Of a stretch of 64,000 bases of DNA, positions 48,096-57,612 are shown one piece after another. Both the position numbers and the translations under genes were made by a program. The DNA comes from a bacterium (GTDB taxonomy: Bacteria; Patescibacteriota; Patescibacteriia; UBA2196). A model generated the notes under the pieces. It ran no database searches, was not told the DNA's origin, and was given only the letters and a program-made list of their open reading frames with translations. The stretch spans positions 4,318 to 68,317 of the forward strand of contig DAOOQN010000004.1 of the NCBI GenBank assembly GCA_035388785.1, written 5' to 3'. Positions within the stretch are counted from its first letter, which is position 1. Every line of letters starts with the position of its first letter.

Positions 48096-49136
48096 ATGTT
48101 TAAAGCTGTTTTTGCCAAGTTTTCACATGACTTAGGGATTGATTTAGGCACAGCCAATACCCTGGTTTATGTACGTGGCAAAGGTATTATTATTAATCAA
48201 CCTTCAGTAGTTGCTATCAATACCAAAACAGATAGAATTTTAGCCGTTGGTGATGAGGCTAGAAAAATGTTGGGTAAGACTCCGCCGCACATTATTGTTT
48301 CTAAACCACTAGTTAATGGAATTATTTCTGATTTTGAAGTCACAGAAAAAATGCTTAAATATTTTATTGACCAAGTACATCGTCAGGCTTATAGTGTTTT
48401 GTCGCGTCCACGGGTGGTAATCGGTATTCCGCTTGATATTACAGAAGTTGAAAAGAAGGCGGTTGAAGATGCGGCACTATCGGCTGGGGCCAGAGAAGTT
48501 TTTTTAGTTGAAGAACCAATGGCAGCAGCTATTGGTGCGCGTTTGCCCATTCAAGATGCTGTGGGTAATATGGTGGTTGATATTGGTGGTGGCACTACTC
48601 AAATTGCGGTTATGTCTTTGGGTGGAGTAGTAGCCAGTAAATCCCTCCCCATCGGTGGTGATGAATTTAATGTTGATATAATTCAATATGTGCGTGACAA
48701 GTTTAATTTATACATTGGTGAAATGACGGCTGAAGATATAAAAATTAAAATTGGCTCTGTAATTTATGAAGATCGTGGTTTGGAAATGGAAGTTCGGGGT
48801 CGTGATGTTCTTTCCGGTTTGCCGCGTGTTAATAAAATTTCCAGCGCTCACATTCGTGAAGCTATTTTTAAGTCCATTCGTACTATTATTGAAAACATCA
48901 AATACACGGTTGAAAATACGCCGCCCGAACTAGTTTCCGAAATATATGAGCGGGGCATTCTTTTAACCGGCGGTGGAGCTCTTTTTCGTGGATTGCCAGA
49001 TTTAATTAAAGAAGAAACCAAAATTCCAACCCAAGTTTTAGATGATCCTTTGACCTCTGTGGTACGTGGTGCTGGAATAATTTTGGAAGATCTTGAGGGT
49101 TTATCCAATATTTTAGTACCCACAATGAAGGATTAA
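48096..49136 (+). CDS. mreB: Rod shape-determining protein MreB
   Basis: 346 aa. The actin-like ATPase motifs are present (DLGIDLGTANTLVYV, VVDIGGGTTQIAV). Confidence 0.95.
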   Translation: MFKAVFAKFSHDLGIDLGTANTLVYVRGKGIIINQPSVVAINTKTDRILAVGDEARKMLGKTPPHIIVSKPLVNGIISDFEVTEKMLKYFIDQVHRQAYSVLSRPRVVIGIPLDITEVEKKAVEDAALSAGAREVFLVEEPMAAAIGARLPIQDAVGNMVVDIGGGTTQIAVMSLGGVVASKSLPIGGDEFNVDIIQYVRDKFNLYIGEMTAEDIKIKIGSVIYEDRGLEMEVRGRDVLSGLPRVNKISSAHIREAIFKSIRTIIENIKYTVENTPPELVSEIYERGILLTGGGALFRGLPDLIKEETKIPTQVLDDPLTSVVRGAGIILEDLEGLSNILVPTMKD

Positions 49137-49139
49137 ATT

Positions 49140-49937
49140 ATGCTTCAAAAGTTTTATAAAAAAAGTTTTTTATTTTTGGTAATAATATTTTTTTTTATTT
49201 CATTGTATTATCTTGGGTTATTTAAACCTCTTAAATCATTCGCTGGTCAAGTTTTAAAGTATCCCTTAGGCTGGTCTTATTCAGCTGGTCGTCAGGTTTC
49301 TTCTTTTTTTAATATTTTTAAAAATAACTCTTACTTAATTAAGAGTAATCAAGAGCTAAGTGATAAATTAATTATCTTAGAACAAGAAAATATTGACTTA
49401 AAAAAAATCATTGAACAAAAAAATATCAGTGATGAAGAATTGCTGTTTTTGAGTCAGCAGAACGTTAAAGCCATTGCTGCCAAAATTATTTCTCGTGGTA
49501 TATCTGGTAATGTAAACACTTTAATTATAAATAAAGGTCAAATTGATGGCCTACGAGAGGGGATGGTAATTACGGCAAAAAATGGTTTGGTTTTAGGTAA
49601 AATAATTAAAACTGAAGATAAACTAGCGCACGTGTTACTTCTAACCGATTCAAATTCACGTCTCAGTGCGGCCAGTGATAAGGATAAAACTTTAGTTGGT
49701 ATAGTTCATGGTAATTTTGATCTGAGTTTGAAATTAGAATACATTTTAAGGGATAAAAACATTGCGGCTAACGATTTAATTGTCACTTCAGGTCAAGAAG
49801 AATTAGTTCCCGCTGGTCTAATTATTGGTACTGTAAATGAGGTCTTTGAAGATTCACGTGAACTTTTTAAAACTGCACGCATTGTGCAGCCGGAAACTGC
49901 TTATAATATTGACATTGTTAATGTAATCATGCCTTAA
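49140..49937 (+). CDS. mreC: Rod shape-determining protein MreC
   Basis: 265 aa. An N-terminal TM helix, a coiled coil, and the conserved block DLIVTSGQEELVPAGLIIGTV are present. It sits immediately downstream of mreB. Confidence 0.7.
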   Translation: MLQKFYKKSFLFLVIIFFFISLYYLGLFKPLKSFAGQVLKYPLGWSYSAGRQVSSFFNIFKNNSYLIKSNQELSDKLIILEQENIDLKKIIEQKNISDEELLFLSQQNVKAIAAKIISRGISGNVNTLIINKGQIDGLREGMVITAKNGLVLGKIIKTEDKLAHVLLLTDSNSRLSAASDKDKTLVGIVHGNFDLSLKLEYILRDKNIAANDLIVTSGQEELVPAGLIIGTVNEVFEDSRELFKTARIVQPETAYNIDIVNVIMP

Positions 49938-49942
49938 AATTT

Positions 49943-50449
49943 ATGTTCAAAAAAATATTTATTAATATTATTTTAATTTTGATTGTTTATTTTTTTTCTA
50001 TTTCTTTCTTATCATCTTTTTGGCCGTTTACTAATTTGTTTCTACCTTTGTTCGTATTTGTGTTAATGTTTTTTGAAAATCGTCTAGCTATACTGTGGTC
50101 GTGTGGGGCTGGGTTTTTATTAGATGTAGTGTCACCACTTCCATTTGGTTCATATTTATTGTTTTTTTGTCTCACTTATTTAGTTTTAAAATATTTAAAT
50201 CAAAATTTTTTTACCAATCAGTCTCTAAATACTTTTTTTGCACTTACTCTGGTGGATAATATTTTTTTACTAATCTTTCTATTTTTAGAAAAAAAAATTC
50301 TAATACTTTTTGACAATAACTTTTTTATTGTTTTTTCGTTTTGGCAAATAGCTACACAACTAATTTTAACTTTTTTAACTTGTATGGTGTTATTTTTTAC
50401 CCTGCGTTTCTTTACCAACCGTTTACGTCTTGATTTATTGCCGCGTTAA
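49943..50449 (+). CDS. mreD: Probable MreD (small polytopic membrane protein)
   Basis: 168 aa with about 5 TM helices. The call rests on position downstream of mreBC, because the sequence is not diagnostic. Confidence 0.45.
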   Translation: MFKKIFINIILILIVYFFSISFLSSFWPFTNLFLPLFVFVLMFFENRLAILWSCGAGFLLDVVSPLPFGSYLLFFCLTYLVLKYLNQNFFTNQSLNTFFALTLVDNIFLLIFLFLEKKILILFDNNFFIVFSFWQIATQLILTFLTCMVLFFTLRFFTNRLRLDLLPR

Positions 50450-50452
50450 TTT

Positions 50453-51550
50453 ATGTTGAAGACAAAACAAAAAATTTTGGTTGGTATGTCGGGCGGAGTT
50501 GATTCGGCTGTTGCCGCTGCACTACTCAAGCAACAAGGTTTTGATGTCACGGGTGTTTTTATGATCAATTGGCATGAAAAAAATGAATTGGTCTCAACCG
50601 GCACCTGCACTTGGGAACAAGATCAGGCCGATGCGCGTCGAGTGGCTGAAATTTTGGGTATCAAAATTTATACTTGGGATTTTAGTGCGGCTTATCAAAA
50701 ATATGTTTTTTCTTATTTTTTGCAGGCTTATGAGCAAGGGTTAACTCCCAATCCGGATACATTATGCAATAAATATATTAAATTTGGTTTATTTTTAGAA
50801 CAAGCCAAACAATTGGGTTTTGATAAAATTGCCACCGGACATTATGCCAAAGTAATAAAAAAAAATGATTACAAGCTAATAACTGCTAAAGATAAAAATA
50901 AAGATCAAACCTATTTTCTTTATGAGTTGGGTCAAAAAGAATTAGCCCAAGTGTTGTTTCCACTTGCGGGTTTAAAAAAAGAAAAAGTCCGTCACCTAGC
51001 ACGAACTTTAAATTTGCCGGTGTGTTATAAAAAAGACAGTTACGGCATTTGTTATATTGGTGAAAAAAAAATGAAAGACTTTTTAACCCCCTTTATAAAA
51101 AAAAACCCTGGTGATATTGTTAATGAAGATGGTCATGTTTTAGGACAGCATGCTGGTTTGTTCAATTATACTCTTGGCCAACGACAAGGCATTGGTATTG
51201 GTGGTGGTCAGGGACCATTTTTTGTATTAAAAAAAGATTTGTCAAATAACCGCTTGATAGTCACTAATAACACTCAGCATTCCGATTTTTATACTTGTCA
51301 TGTTAAACTTAAGCAGATAAACTGGTTAAGCGGTTTTCAGCCAACCTTACCTATAAATTGTTGGGGGCGGTTCCGTCATTTACAAAAATTATTACCCTTA
51401 ACCATACAGGATACTCAAAATACAGAATTACTAGTTAAATTCAAACAGCCACAAAGAGCTGTGGCCAAGGGGCAGGTTTTAGTTTTTTATAAATCACTTA
51501 ATTTGTGGCACAAAAACTATGAAGTTTTGGGTGGTGGTATAATAGCTTAA
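50453..51550 (+). CDS. mnmA: tRNA-specific 2-thiouridylase MnmA
   Basis: 365 aa. The PP-loop VGMSGGVDSAV and the catalytic Cys block are present. Confidence 0.9.
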   Translation: MLKTKQKILVGMSGGVDSAVAAALLKQQGFDVTGVFMINWHEKNELVSTGTCTWEQDQADARRVAEILGIKIYTWDFSAAYQKYVFSYFLQAYEQGLTPNPDTLCNKYIKFGLFLEQAKQLGFDKIATGHYAKVIKKNDYKLITAKDKNKDQTYFLYELGQKELAQVLFPLAGLKKEKVRHLARTLNLPVCYKKDSYGICYIGEKKMKDFLTPFIKKNPGDIVNEDGHVLGQHAGLFNYTLGQRQGIGIGGGQGPFFVLKKDLSNNRLIVTNNTQHSDFYTCHVKLKQINWLSGFQPTLPINCWGRFRHLQKLLPLTIQDTQNTELLVKFKQPQRAVAKGQVLVFYKSLNLWHKNYEVLGGGIIA

Positions 51551-51580
51551 AACTATGGTTGTTTTTATAAGTTTATTGCT

Positions 51581-53080
51581 ATGCTAGCAAAAACAAAATA
51601 TCGTCTCTTAGAAATTATTCCTGGTGCCACATTGTGGCTAAGTTTTGTTTTTGTTGTTATTTTGTCTTTTGTCAAACCATTGTGGATTATTTATTTTATT
51701 TTAGTTTATGATCTATATTGGTTTATTAGAATTATGTATTTTGTATTATATTTGGTTTTAAGTTTAAAAAAATATCGTGCTGTCAATAAAGTTGATTGGT
51801 TGAAAGAAATCAAAAAAATTGGTAATTATGAAAAATATTATCATTTAATTTTTTTGCCAAATTATAAAGAGGGTATAAAAGTTTTTGAAGACACGTTTAA
51901 CGGTCTGGCTCACGCCGATTATGATACTCAAAAATTTATTATAGTTTTAAATAGAGAAGAGAGAGCGGGCAAGGAATATACAGAGCAATTTTTAAAAGAC
52001 GCAGCCATTATTCAAGAGAAATACGGTCATAAATTTTATAAAATTTTACCTTATATTCATCCCGCAACTCCAGCCAATGAATTGCCGGGCAAGGGCTCTA
52101 ATTGTACTTGGGCTGCCAAGAAAGTAAAAGAGGAAATAATTGATGCAGAAAATATCCCCTACGAGAATATAATTGTTTCTAATTTTGATTCAGATACTTT
52201 TGTCTATCCGCAATATTTTGCCAGGTTAATGTATCTATGGCTAACCGCAGAAAAACCTCATCAACATTCTTATCAACCGTTAACTTTGTACAATAATAAC
52301 GCTTGGGATGCACCGTCATTTGCCAGGGTCGTGGCTAATTCCACAACTTTTTGGTTAATGGCAGATAAAGCTAGACCCGAAAGACTATTTACTTTTTCTT
52401 CGCACTCCATGAGTTTTAAGACTTTAGTGGAAGTAGGATATTGGGAAACAAATATTGTGACAGAAGATTCTAGAATTTTTTTACAATGTTTTAAATATTA
52501 CCATGGCAATTATTCTACTATTCCAATGTATGTACCAATTTCTATGGATACGGTGATGGGAGAAACTTTGTGGCAAACCATTAAAGGACAATATAGACAA
52601 ATGCGGCGCTGGGCTTGGTCAGTCGAGCATTTTCCCTGGATGATTACCAGATTTTTTAATGATAAAAGTATTTCGTGGTTAAAGAAGTTTAGATATTTGT
52701 TTAATCAGACAGAGGGCCAGTTTTCGTGGGCCACCGGCCCGATATTTATGATGGTTTTAGGACGTTTGCCTTTGTATGTGGCTTCGTATAAGCACATGGA
52801 AAATGCGATTGTGCAAAATGCGCCTTTTGTGATGGAAGTGATTATGGCTATGGCCATGATTGGTATAGTTTTTTGTGCTATTATTAATGTTTTCTTTTTG
52901 CCAGAAAGACCGGCAAAATATAAACAAGCAAAGTGGATAGTTATGATTTTACAGTGGTTTCTAATGCCCATAACCATGATTGCTTTTGGCTCCATTCCAG
53001 CAACTGACGCGCAAACCCGTTTAATGTTGGGTGGTAAGTTTAGATTGGGTTTTGATGTCACACAGAAACACAGGAAATAA
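51581..53080 (+). CDS. Processive family-2 glycosyltransferase (cellulose/chitin/hyaluronan-synthase-like) with flanking TM helices
   Basis: 499 aa. It shows DSDT (DxD), TEDSRIF (TED), and the QxxRW motif (QYRQMRRW), with TM helices at both ends. Confidence 0.6.
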   Translation: MLAKTKYRLLEIIPGATLWLSFVFVVILSFVKPLWIIYFILVYDLYWFIRIMYFVLYLVLSLKKYRAVNKVDWLKEIKKIGNYEKYYHLIFLPNYKEGIKVFEDTFNGLAHADYDTQKFIIVLNREERAGKEYTEQFLKDAAIIQEKYGHKFYKILPYIHPATPANELPGKGSNCTWAAKKVKEEIIDAENIPYENIIVSNFDSDTFVYPQYFARLMYLWLTAEKPHQHSYQPLTLYNNNAWDAPSFARVVANSTTFWLMADKARPERLFTFSSHSMSFKTLVEVGYWETNIVTEDSRIFLQCFKYYHGNYSTIPMYVPISMDTVMGETLWQTIKGQYRQMRRWAWSVEHFPWMITRFFNDKSISWLKKFRYLFNQTEGQFSWATGPIFMMVLGRLPLYVASYKHMENAIVQNAPFVMEVIMAMAMIGIVFCAIINVFFLPERPAKYKQAKWIVMILQWFLMPITMIAFGSIPATDAQTRLMLGGKFRLGFDVTQKHRK

Positions 53081-53158
53081 AAAATAAACATATAAAAAAC
53101 TTGAATTTTAGATCAAAAAGAGTTAAGATTATAACTGATAAAAACAAAAAAACAAACA

Positions 53159-53743
53159 ATGATTTTTTTCTTAAAAAATTTAAAACCGTATTTTAGTCGG
53201 CCAATTTTAGCCTTATTGTTGATCAGTGGACTTTTCATGTTCGCTTTTAATCTGTTAAGTCCAATTTTTGCTATTTTTGTAGAAGATGTGGGCGGCGATA
53301 TCACTACCGCTTCCACTGCTTCAGCAATTTTTTTAGCCACAGCTGGGTTACTGACCTTTGTCGCTGGCAAATATGAAAATGTTTTGAAAGAAAAAGAATT
53401 GGGTATCATGTGGGCGCAGTTTGTTTTGGGTATTGGTTATCTTTTATATTATTTTACTGACAGTGTTGCTATGGTTTATGTTGTTCAGATTGTTTTGGGA
53501 ATTGGGGAAGCCCTGTATTGGCCGGCCTTTCATGCAGTTTATGCACAACACGCTAATGGTCAAAATTCTATTACCCAATGGAGTATTTATGATGGCTTGG
53601 CGTATTTAATTCCAGCCGTTGGCGCTGAACTTGGCGGTTGGTTGGTGAAATGGTATGGTTTTGGTGTGGTATTTTTAATTATGGCCACTATTTCTTTTTT
53701 AGCCGGACTTTTTATTTTATTTTTACCTAGAAAGGTACTCTAA
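53159..53743 (+). CDS. Six-TM, MFS-like half-size membrane protein
   Basis: 194 aa with 6 predicted TM helices. It is either truncated or a genuine half-transporter. Confidence 0.4.
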   Translation: MIFFLKNLKPYFSRPILALLLISGLFMFAFNLLSPIFAIFVEDVGGDITTASTASAIFLATAGLLTFVAGKYENVLKEKELGIMWAQFVLGIGYLLYYFTDSVAMVYVVQIVLGIGEALYWPAFHAVYAQHANGQNSITQWSIYDGLAYLIPAVGAELGGWLVKWYGFGVVFLIMATISFLAGLFILFLPRKVL

Positions 53744-53750
53744 TACATAT

Positions 53751-56489
53751 ATGTCAATTTTAACTAAAATTTTTGGTGACGCTAACGAACGGGTTATTAA
53801 AAATTTAAAAAATACAGTTTTGTTAGCTAATAAATTAGAAACTAAAATTAAACTTTTTAAAATCGATGATTTTAAAGAGAAAACTTTTTTTTACAAAAAA
53901 AAACTAGCTGATAAATCTTTTGCCGAACAGCAGATAATTTTAGACGAAATTTTGCCAGAGGTTTTTGCTTTAGTACGTGAGGCAGCGCACAGGACTTTAG
54001 GGCAGCGGCACTATGATGTTCAACTTTTGGCTGGCATGGTTTTACACCAAGGCAACATAGCTGAAATGCGTACTGGTGAAGGTAAAACATTGGCGGCCAC
54101 AGTGGCTGTTTATTTAAACGCCTTGACTGGTCGTGGGGTGCACGTTATTACAGTCAATGATTATTTATCCCGTCGTGATGCTGTGTGGATGGGGCAGGTC
54201 TATAATTATTTGGGTCTGTCAACCGGGTGTTTAAACCATGAGACCGCTTTTTTGTATGACAGTACTTATCATGAATTGGGTAATATGGATAATGAGCGTG
54301 ATACAACAGGTTCTTTTAAAGTATTAGATAAATTTTTACGACCCGTGCCACGCCAAGAAGCCTATCTGGCCGATATAACTTATGGCACGAATAATGAATT
54401 TGGTTTTGACTATTTGCGCGACAACATGGTGCAAGGTTTAAATGAGAAGGTCCAGCGCGAACTCCATTATGCTGTGGTGGATGAAGTTGATTCAATTTTA
54501 ATTGATGAAGCACGCACACCTCTTATCATTTCCGCACCCGATATGGAATCAACTGATAAATATCGTCAATTTGCAGAGTTGGTTGAAAGGTTGCGGGAAA
54601 GCGAGGATTATAATATTGATGAAAAAATGAAAGCTTCAACTTTAACCGAAGCCGGTATTGCTAAAATGGAAAAATGGTTAAATGTGGAAAATATTTATAC
54701 TGATCGTGGAGTGCGCGATGTGCATCATATTGAACAAGCCTTGCGTGCCAAGGTTTTATTTAAAAAAGATCGCGACTATGTAATTAAAGATGGTGAAATT
54801 CTTATTGTAGACGAGTTTACTGGGCGACTTATGATTGGACGTCGTTATTCTGATGGTTTGCATCAGGCCATTGAAGCCAAAGAAAATGTGGCTGTCAAAC
54901 AGGAATCAGTCACTATGGCCACCATTACTTTTCAAAATTATTTTCGCATGTATCAAAAATTGGCTGGTATGACTGGCACAGCCGCCACTGAAGCTGAAGA
55001 ATTGTCTAAAATTTATAATTTGGATGTAGTAGTTATTCCAACCAATAAACCAATGATAAGAATTGATAAGTCTGATGCAATTTTTAAAAATGTTAATGGT
55101 AAATATCAACGCTTAGTTAAAGAAATTAAGAAGCGCCACAAAGTTGGTCAGCCTGTTTTAGTAGGCACAATTTCTATTGAAAATAACGAATACTTGTCAG
55201 AATTATTAAAACGTGAAGGTGTACCACACGAACTTTTAAACGCCAAAAATCATGAGCGTGAAGCAGAAATTATTGCTCAAGCTGGTCGTGTTGGTGCAGT
55301 GACTATTGCCACCAATATGGCTGGTCGTGGTGTGGATATTATTTTGGGTGGTAACCCAGTTAATAAAGAGGATCAGGAAAAAGTCAAAGCCTTGGGTGGT
55401 TTATGCGTTTTAGGCACAGAAAGACATGAATCTCGTCGTATTGATAATCAGTTGCGTGGTCGCGCTGGACGTCAAGGCGATAGTGGTGAAACACATTTCT
55501 TTGTTTCTATGGAAGATGATTTGATGCGTATTTTTGGTGGCGACAAAATGAAATCAATTTTGCAGGCTTTGGGTTTAGAAGATGATAAACCGATTGAAAA
55601 TAAAATGATTTCTAATTCTATTGAAAAAGCACAGATGAAAGTTGAGGGCCACAATTTTGATATCAGAAAGCACCTAGTTGAATATGATGATGTAATTAAT
55701 AAACACCGTGAAGTAATCTATAAAAAAAGGAATGAAGTCCTGGCTGCCAACAGTACTGGTCAAGCCATGCAAGATGATATCTTAAAATTTTTACAAGAAG
55801 AGTTAGAAACAGTGGTTAATTTTCATACACAAAACGAGGATGAAAGTTTGTGGAATCTGGATGAAATTTATGAAGTTGTGGATACTATTTTTCCAGTTCC
55901 ACTTTCAGTGCGTATTAAAATTGAAGACATTAAAGACACGGCCGGTGATATAAAACAAGATTCTTTGGCCAAAGAAAAACTTATTAATTATCTTTTTAAT
56001 TTAGGAAAAATCGCTTATCAAGAACTAGAAGAAAAAATAAATTCTGATGAAAAAATCAAAGCTCAGCTGAAAGAAGGTCTGGAACCCATGCGCGCTGTGG
56101 AGCGCGCCATGTTATTGCGTTCCATTGATACTTTGTGGGTTGAACACATTGACTCCATGGATCACATGCGTGAGGGTATTGGCTTGACTGGTTATGGGCA
56201 AAAAGACCCGTTGGTGGAATATAAAAAAGAAGCTCATCGTATGTTTTCTGAGCTTCTGGCCAATATTCGCAAGCAAATTGTTTATACAATTTTTAAAATT
56301 GGCTTAGTTAACACTGCCAATCAAACAACCTCTCAAACCAATCCCAATTTAATTATTAAAAATCAATCCGAAAGTACCTACATCGGCGCAGAAAAAGATA
56401 AATCGACTTATAATAAAGAAAAAATTGGTCGCAATGATTTTTGTCCTTGTGGTAGCGGTTTAAAATTTAAGAAATGTCATGGGAAATAA
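53751..56489 (+). CDS. secA: Preprotein translocase ATPase SecA
   Basis: 912 aa. The DEAD-like motor motifs (MRTGEGKTL, DEVDSILIDEART) and a C-terminal Zn finger CPCGSGLKFKKCHG are present. Confidence 0.97.
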   Translation: MSILTKIFGDANERVIKNLKNTVLLANKLETKIKLFKIDDFKEKTFFYKKKLADKSFAEQQIILDEILPEVFALVREAAHRTLGQRHYDVQLLAGMVLHQGNIAEMRTGEGKTLAATVAVYLNALTGRGVHVITVNDYLSRRDAVWMGQVYNYLGLSTGCLNHETAFLYDSTYHELGNMDNERDTTGSFKVLDKFLRPVPRQEAYLADITYGTNNEFGFDYLRDNMVQGLNEKVQRELHYAVVDEVDSILIDEARTPLIISAPDMESTDKYRQFAELVERLRESEDYNIDEKMKASTLTEAGIAKMEKWLNVENIYTDRGVRDVHHIEQALRAKVLFKKDRDYVIKDGEILIVDEFTGRLMIGRRYSDGLHQAIEAKENVAVKQESVTMATITFQNYFRMYQKLAGMTGTAATEAEELSKIYNLDVVVIPTNKPMIRIDKSDAIFKNVNGKYQRLVKEIKKRHKVGQPVLVGTISIENNEYLSELLKREGVPHELLNAKNHEREAEIIAQAGRVGAVTIATNMAGRGVDIILGGNPVNKEDQEKVKALGGLCVLGTERHESRRIDNQLRGRAGRQGDSGETHFFVSMEDDLMRIFGGDKMKSILQALGLEDDKPIENKMISNSIEKAQMKVEGHNFDIRKHLVEYDDVINKHREVIYKKRNEVLAANSTGQAMQDDILKFLQEELETVVNFHTQNEDESLWNLDEIYEVVDTIFPVPLSVRIKIEDIKDTAGDIKQDSLAKEKLINYLFNLGKIAYQELEEKINSDEKIKAQLKEGLEPMRAVERAMLLRSIDTLWVEHIDSMDHMREGIGLTGYGQKDPLVEYKKEAHRMFSELLANIRKQIVYTIFKIGLVNTANQTTSQTNPNLIIKNQSESTYIGAEKDKSTYNKEKIGRNDFCPCGSGLKFKKCHGK

Positions 56490-56497
56490 AAATATGA

Positions 56498-56838
56498 AAT
56501 TAATTTTTTCAGCATTTTCCAAACATCTATTTTATTTTAGAATGCATATTTCTAAGTATATTTTGGAAAATAACAATGTACCTTTAAATCCTTTTATGAT
56601 TCACGAGTATTTTATGTTGGACACTATTGCACGCGATAAAATTAGAGAATCTAATAATTTATTAGTAGAAAAAGCCGATGAATTGTGGGTATTTGGTGAT
56701 ATTAGCAATGGTGTTTTGGCAGAGATTGAATTGGCCAAGACAAATAATAAACCCATTCGTTATTTCCAGGTTATTGGTTCAAAAGATATCAAAGAAATAA
56801 CTGCGGAGGAAGCCAAAATAGAACACGATTTAGAATAA
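56498..56838 (+). CDS. Hypothetical small protein (DUF4406 / nucleoside-deoxyribosyltransferase-like?)
   Basis: About 113 aa. I prefer the ATG at 56498 after the secA stop, because the track start at 56479 overlaps secA. The block ELWVFGDISNGVLAEIELAKTNNKPIRYF has weak family resemblance only. Confidence 0.4.
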
Positions 56839-56862
56839 ATTAAAATATAATTGTATAAAAAA

Positions 56863-56963
56863 TGCCGCAGAAGATGTTTCCTGCGGCAGAGCCTAACCTG
56901 TCACTCCTTCAATGGAGGTTATGGATGAAGGAGAAGTGGGGGATGGCTCGAAATCTCCCTCAC
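56863..56963 (+). ncRNA. Candidate structured RNA element (three consecutive GC-rich hairpins) upstream of the pduL-ackA-OFOR operon
   Basis: H1: TGCCGCAG(AA)-gatgt-(TTC)CTGCGGCA. H2: CTCCTTCA ... TGAAGGAG. H3: GTGGGGGA-TGGCTCGAAATC-TCCCTCAC. Local GC content is well above the window background. I cannot assign a class. Confidence 0.3.
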
Positions 56964-57018
56964 GGTTAATATAATTATAGCAAGTTTCTGTATAAAAAGC
57001 AATAACTTAAAAAACTAT

Positions 57019-57594
57019 ATGAAAAAAATAAAAATTCCAGTTGAAGTTTCTGCACGACATATTCATTTAAGTCAAAGGGATTTGGATAAACTTTTTGGTA
57101 AAAACTATATTTTACATAAACTAAAAGATTTATCGCAAGTCGGCGATTTTGCTGCCAAAGAAAAAGTTGAGTTGGTTAAACCAAACAACTGTATGAATAG
57201 TTTAAGAATTGTTGGCCCGGCACGGGCTGAAAGTCAAATCGAACTATCTTTCACTGATGCTGTACATTTAGGAATAGACGCACCCACAACACTATCTGGT
57301 AAACTGGAAAACGTCAAAGCTTTTTTAGATGTTAAAGGATCTTTGGGTAAAGTTAAAGTCAAAGTTATTGTGCCCGAACGCCATCTGCATTGTTCACTAG
57401 AAGAGGCCAAAAAATATAATCTCAAAGATGGACAAAAGGTTAGCGTAGAAATTATTGGTCAGCGTGGATTGGTGTTTAATAATATAATTGTGCGCACTGG
57501 CGTTGATTTTAAAATGTCTTGTCACCTTGATACTGACGAAGCCAACGCCTGCGGCTTAAACAAGGTCTGTGGCATAGGCACGCTAATTTTATAA
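57019..57594 (+). CDS. PduL-type phosphate acyltransferase (phosphotransacetylase/propanoyltransferase)
   Basis: 191 aa. The PduL repeat VEVSARHIHLS ... VPERHLHCS (two half-domains) is present. Confidence 0.75.
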   Translation: MKKIKIPVEVSARHIHLSQRDLDKLFGKNYILHKLKDLSQVGDFAAKEKVELVKPNNCMNSLRIVGPARAESQIELSFTDAVHLGIDAPTTLSGKLENVKAFLDVKGSLGKVKVKVIVPERHLHCSLEEAKKYNLKDGQKVSVEIIGQRGLVFNNIIVRTGVDFKMSCHLDTDEANACGLNKVCGIGTLIL

Positions 57595-57612
57595 AATAAA
57601 ATTAAAAATTTT

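Noticed and set aside
56863-56963. Identity of the three-hairpin element as SRP RNA, 6S RNA, tmRNA or a fluoride riboswitch
   Set aside because: The conserved SRP domain IV motif (GGAAGCAGC) and the crcB-motif core (AAAC.GCC ... CUGAUG) are not present. I keep it only as an unclassified structured element.
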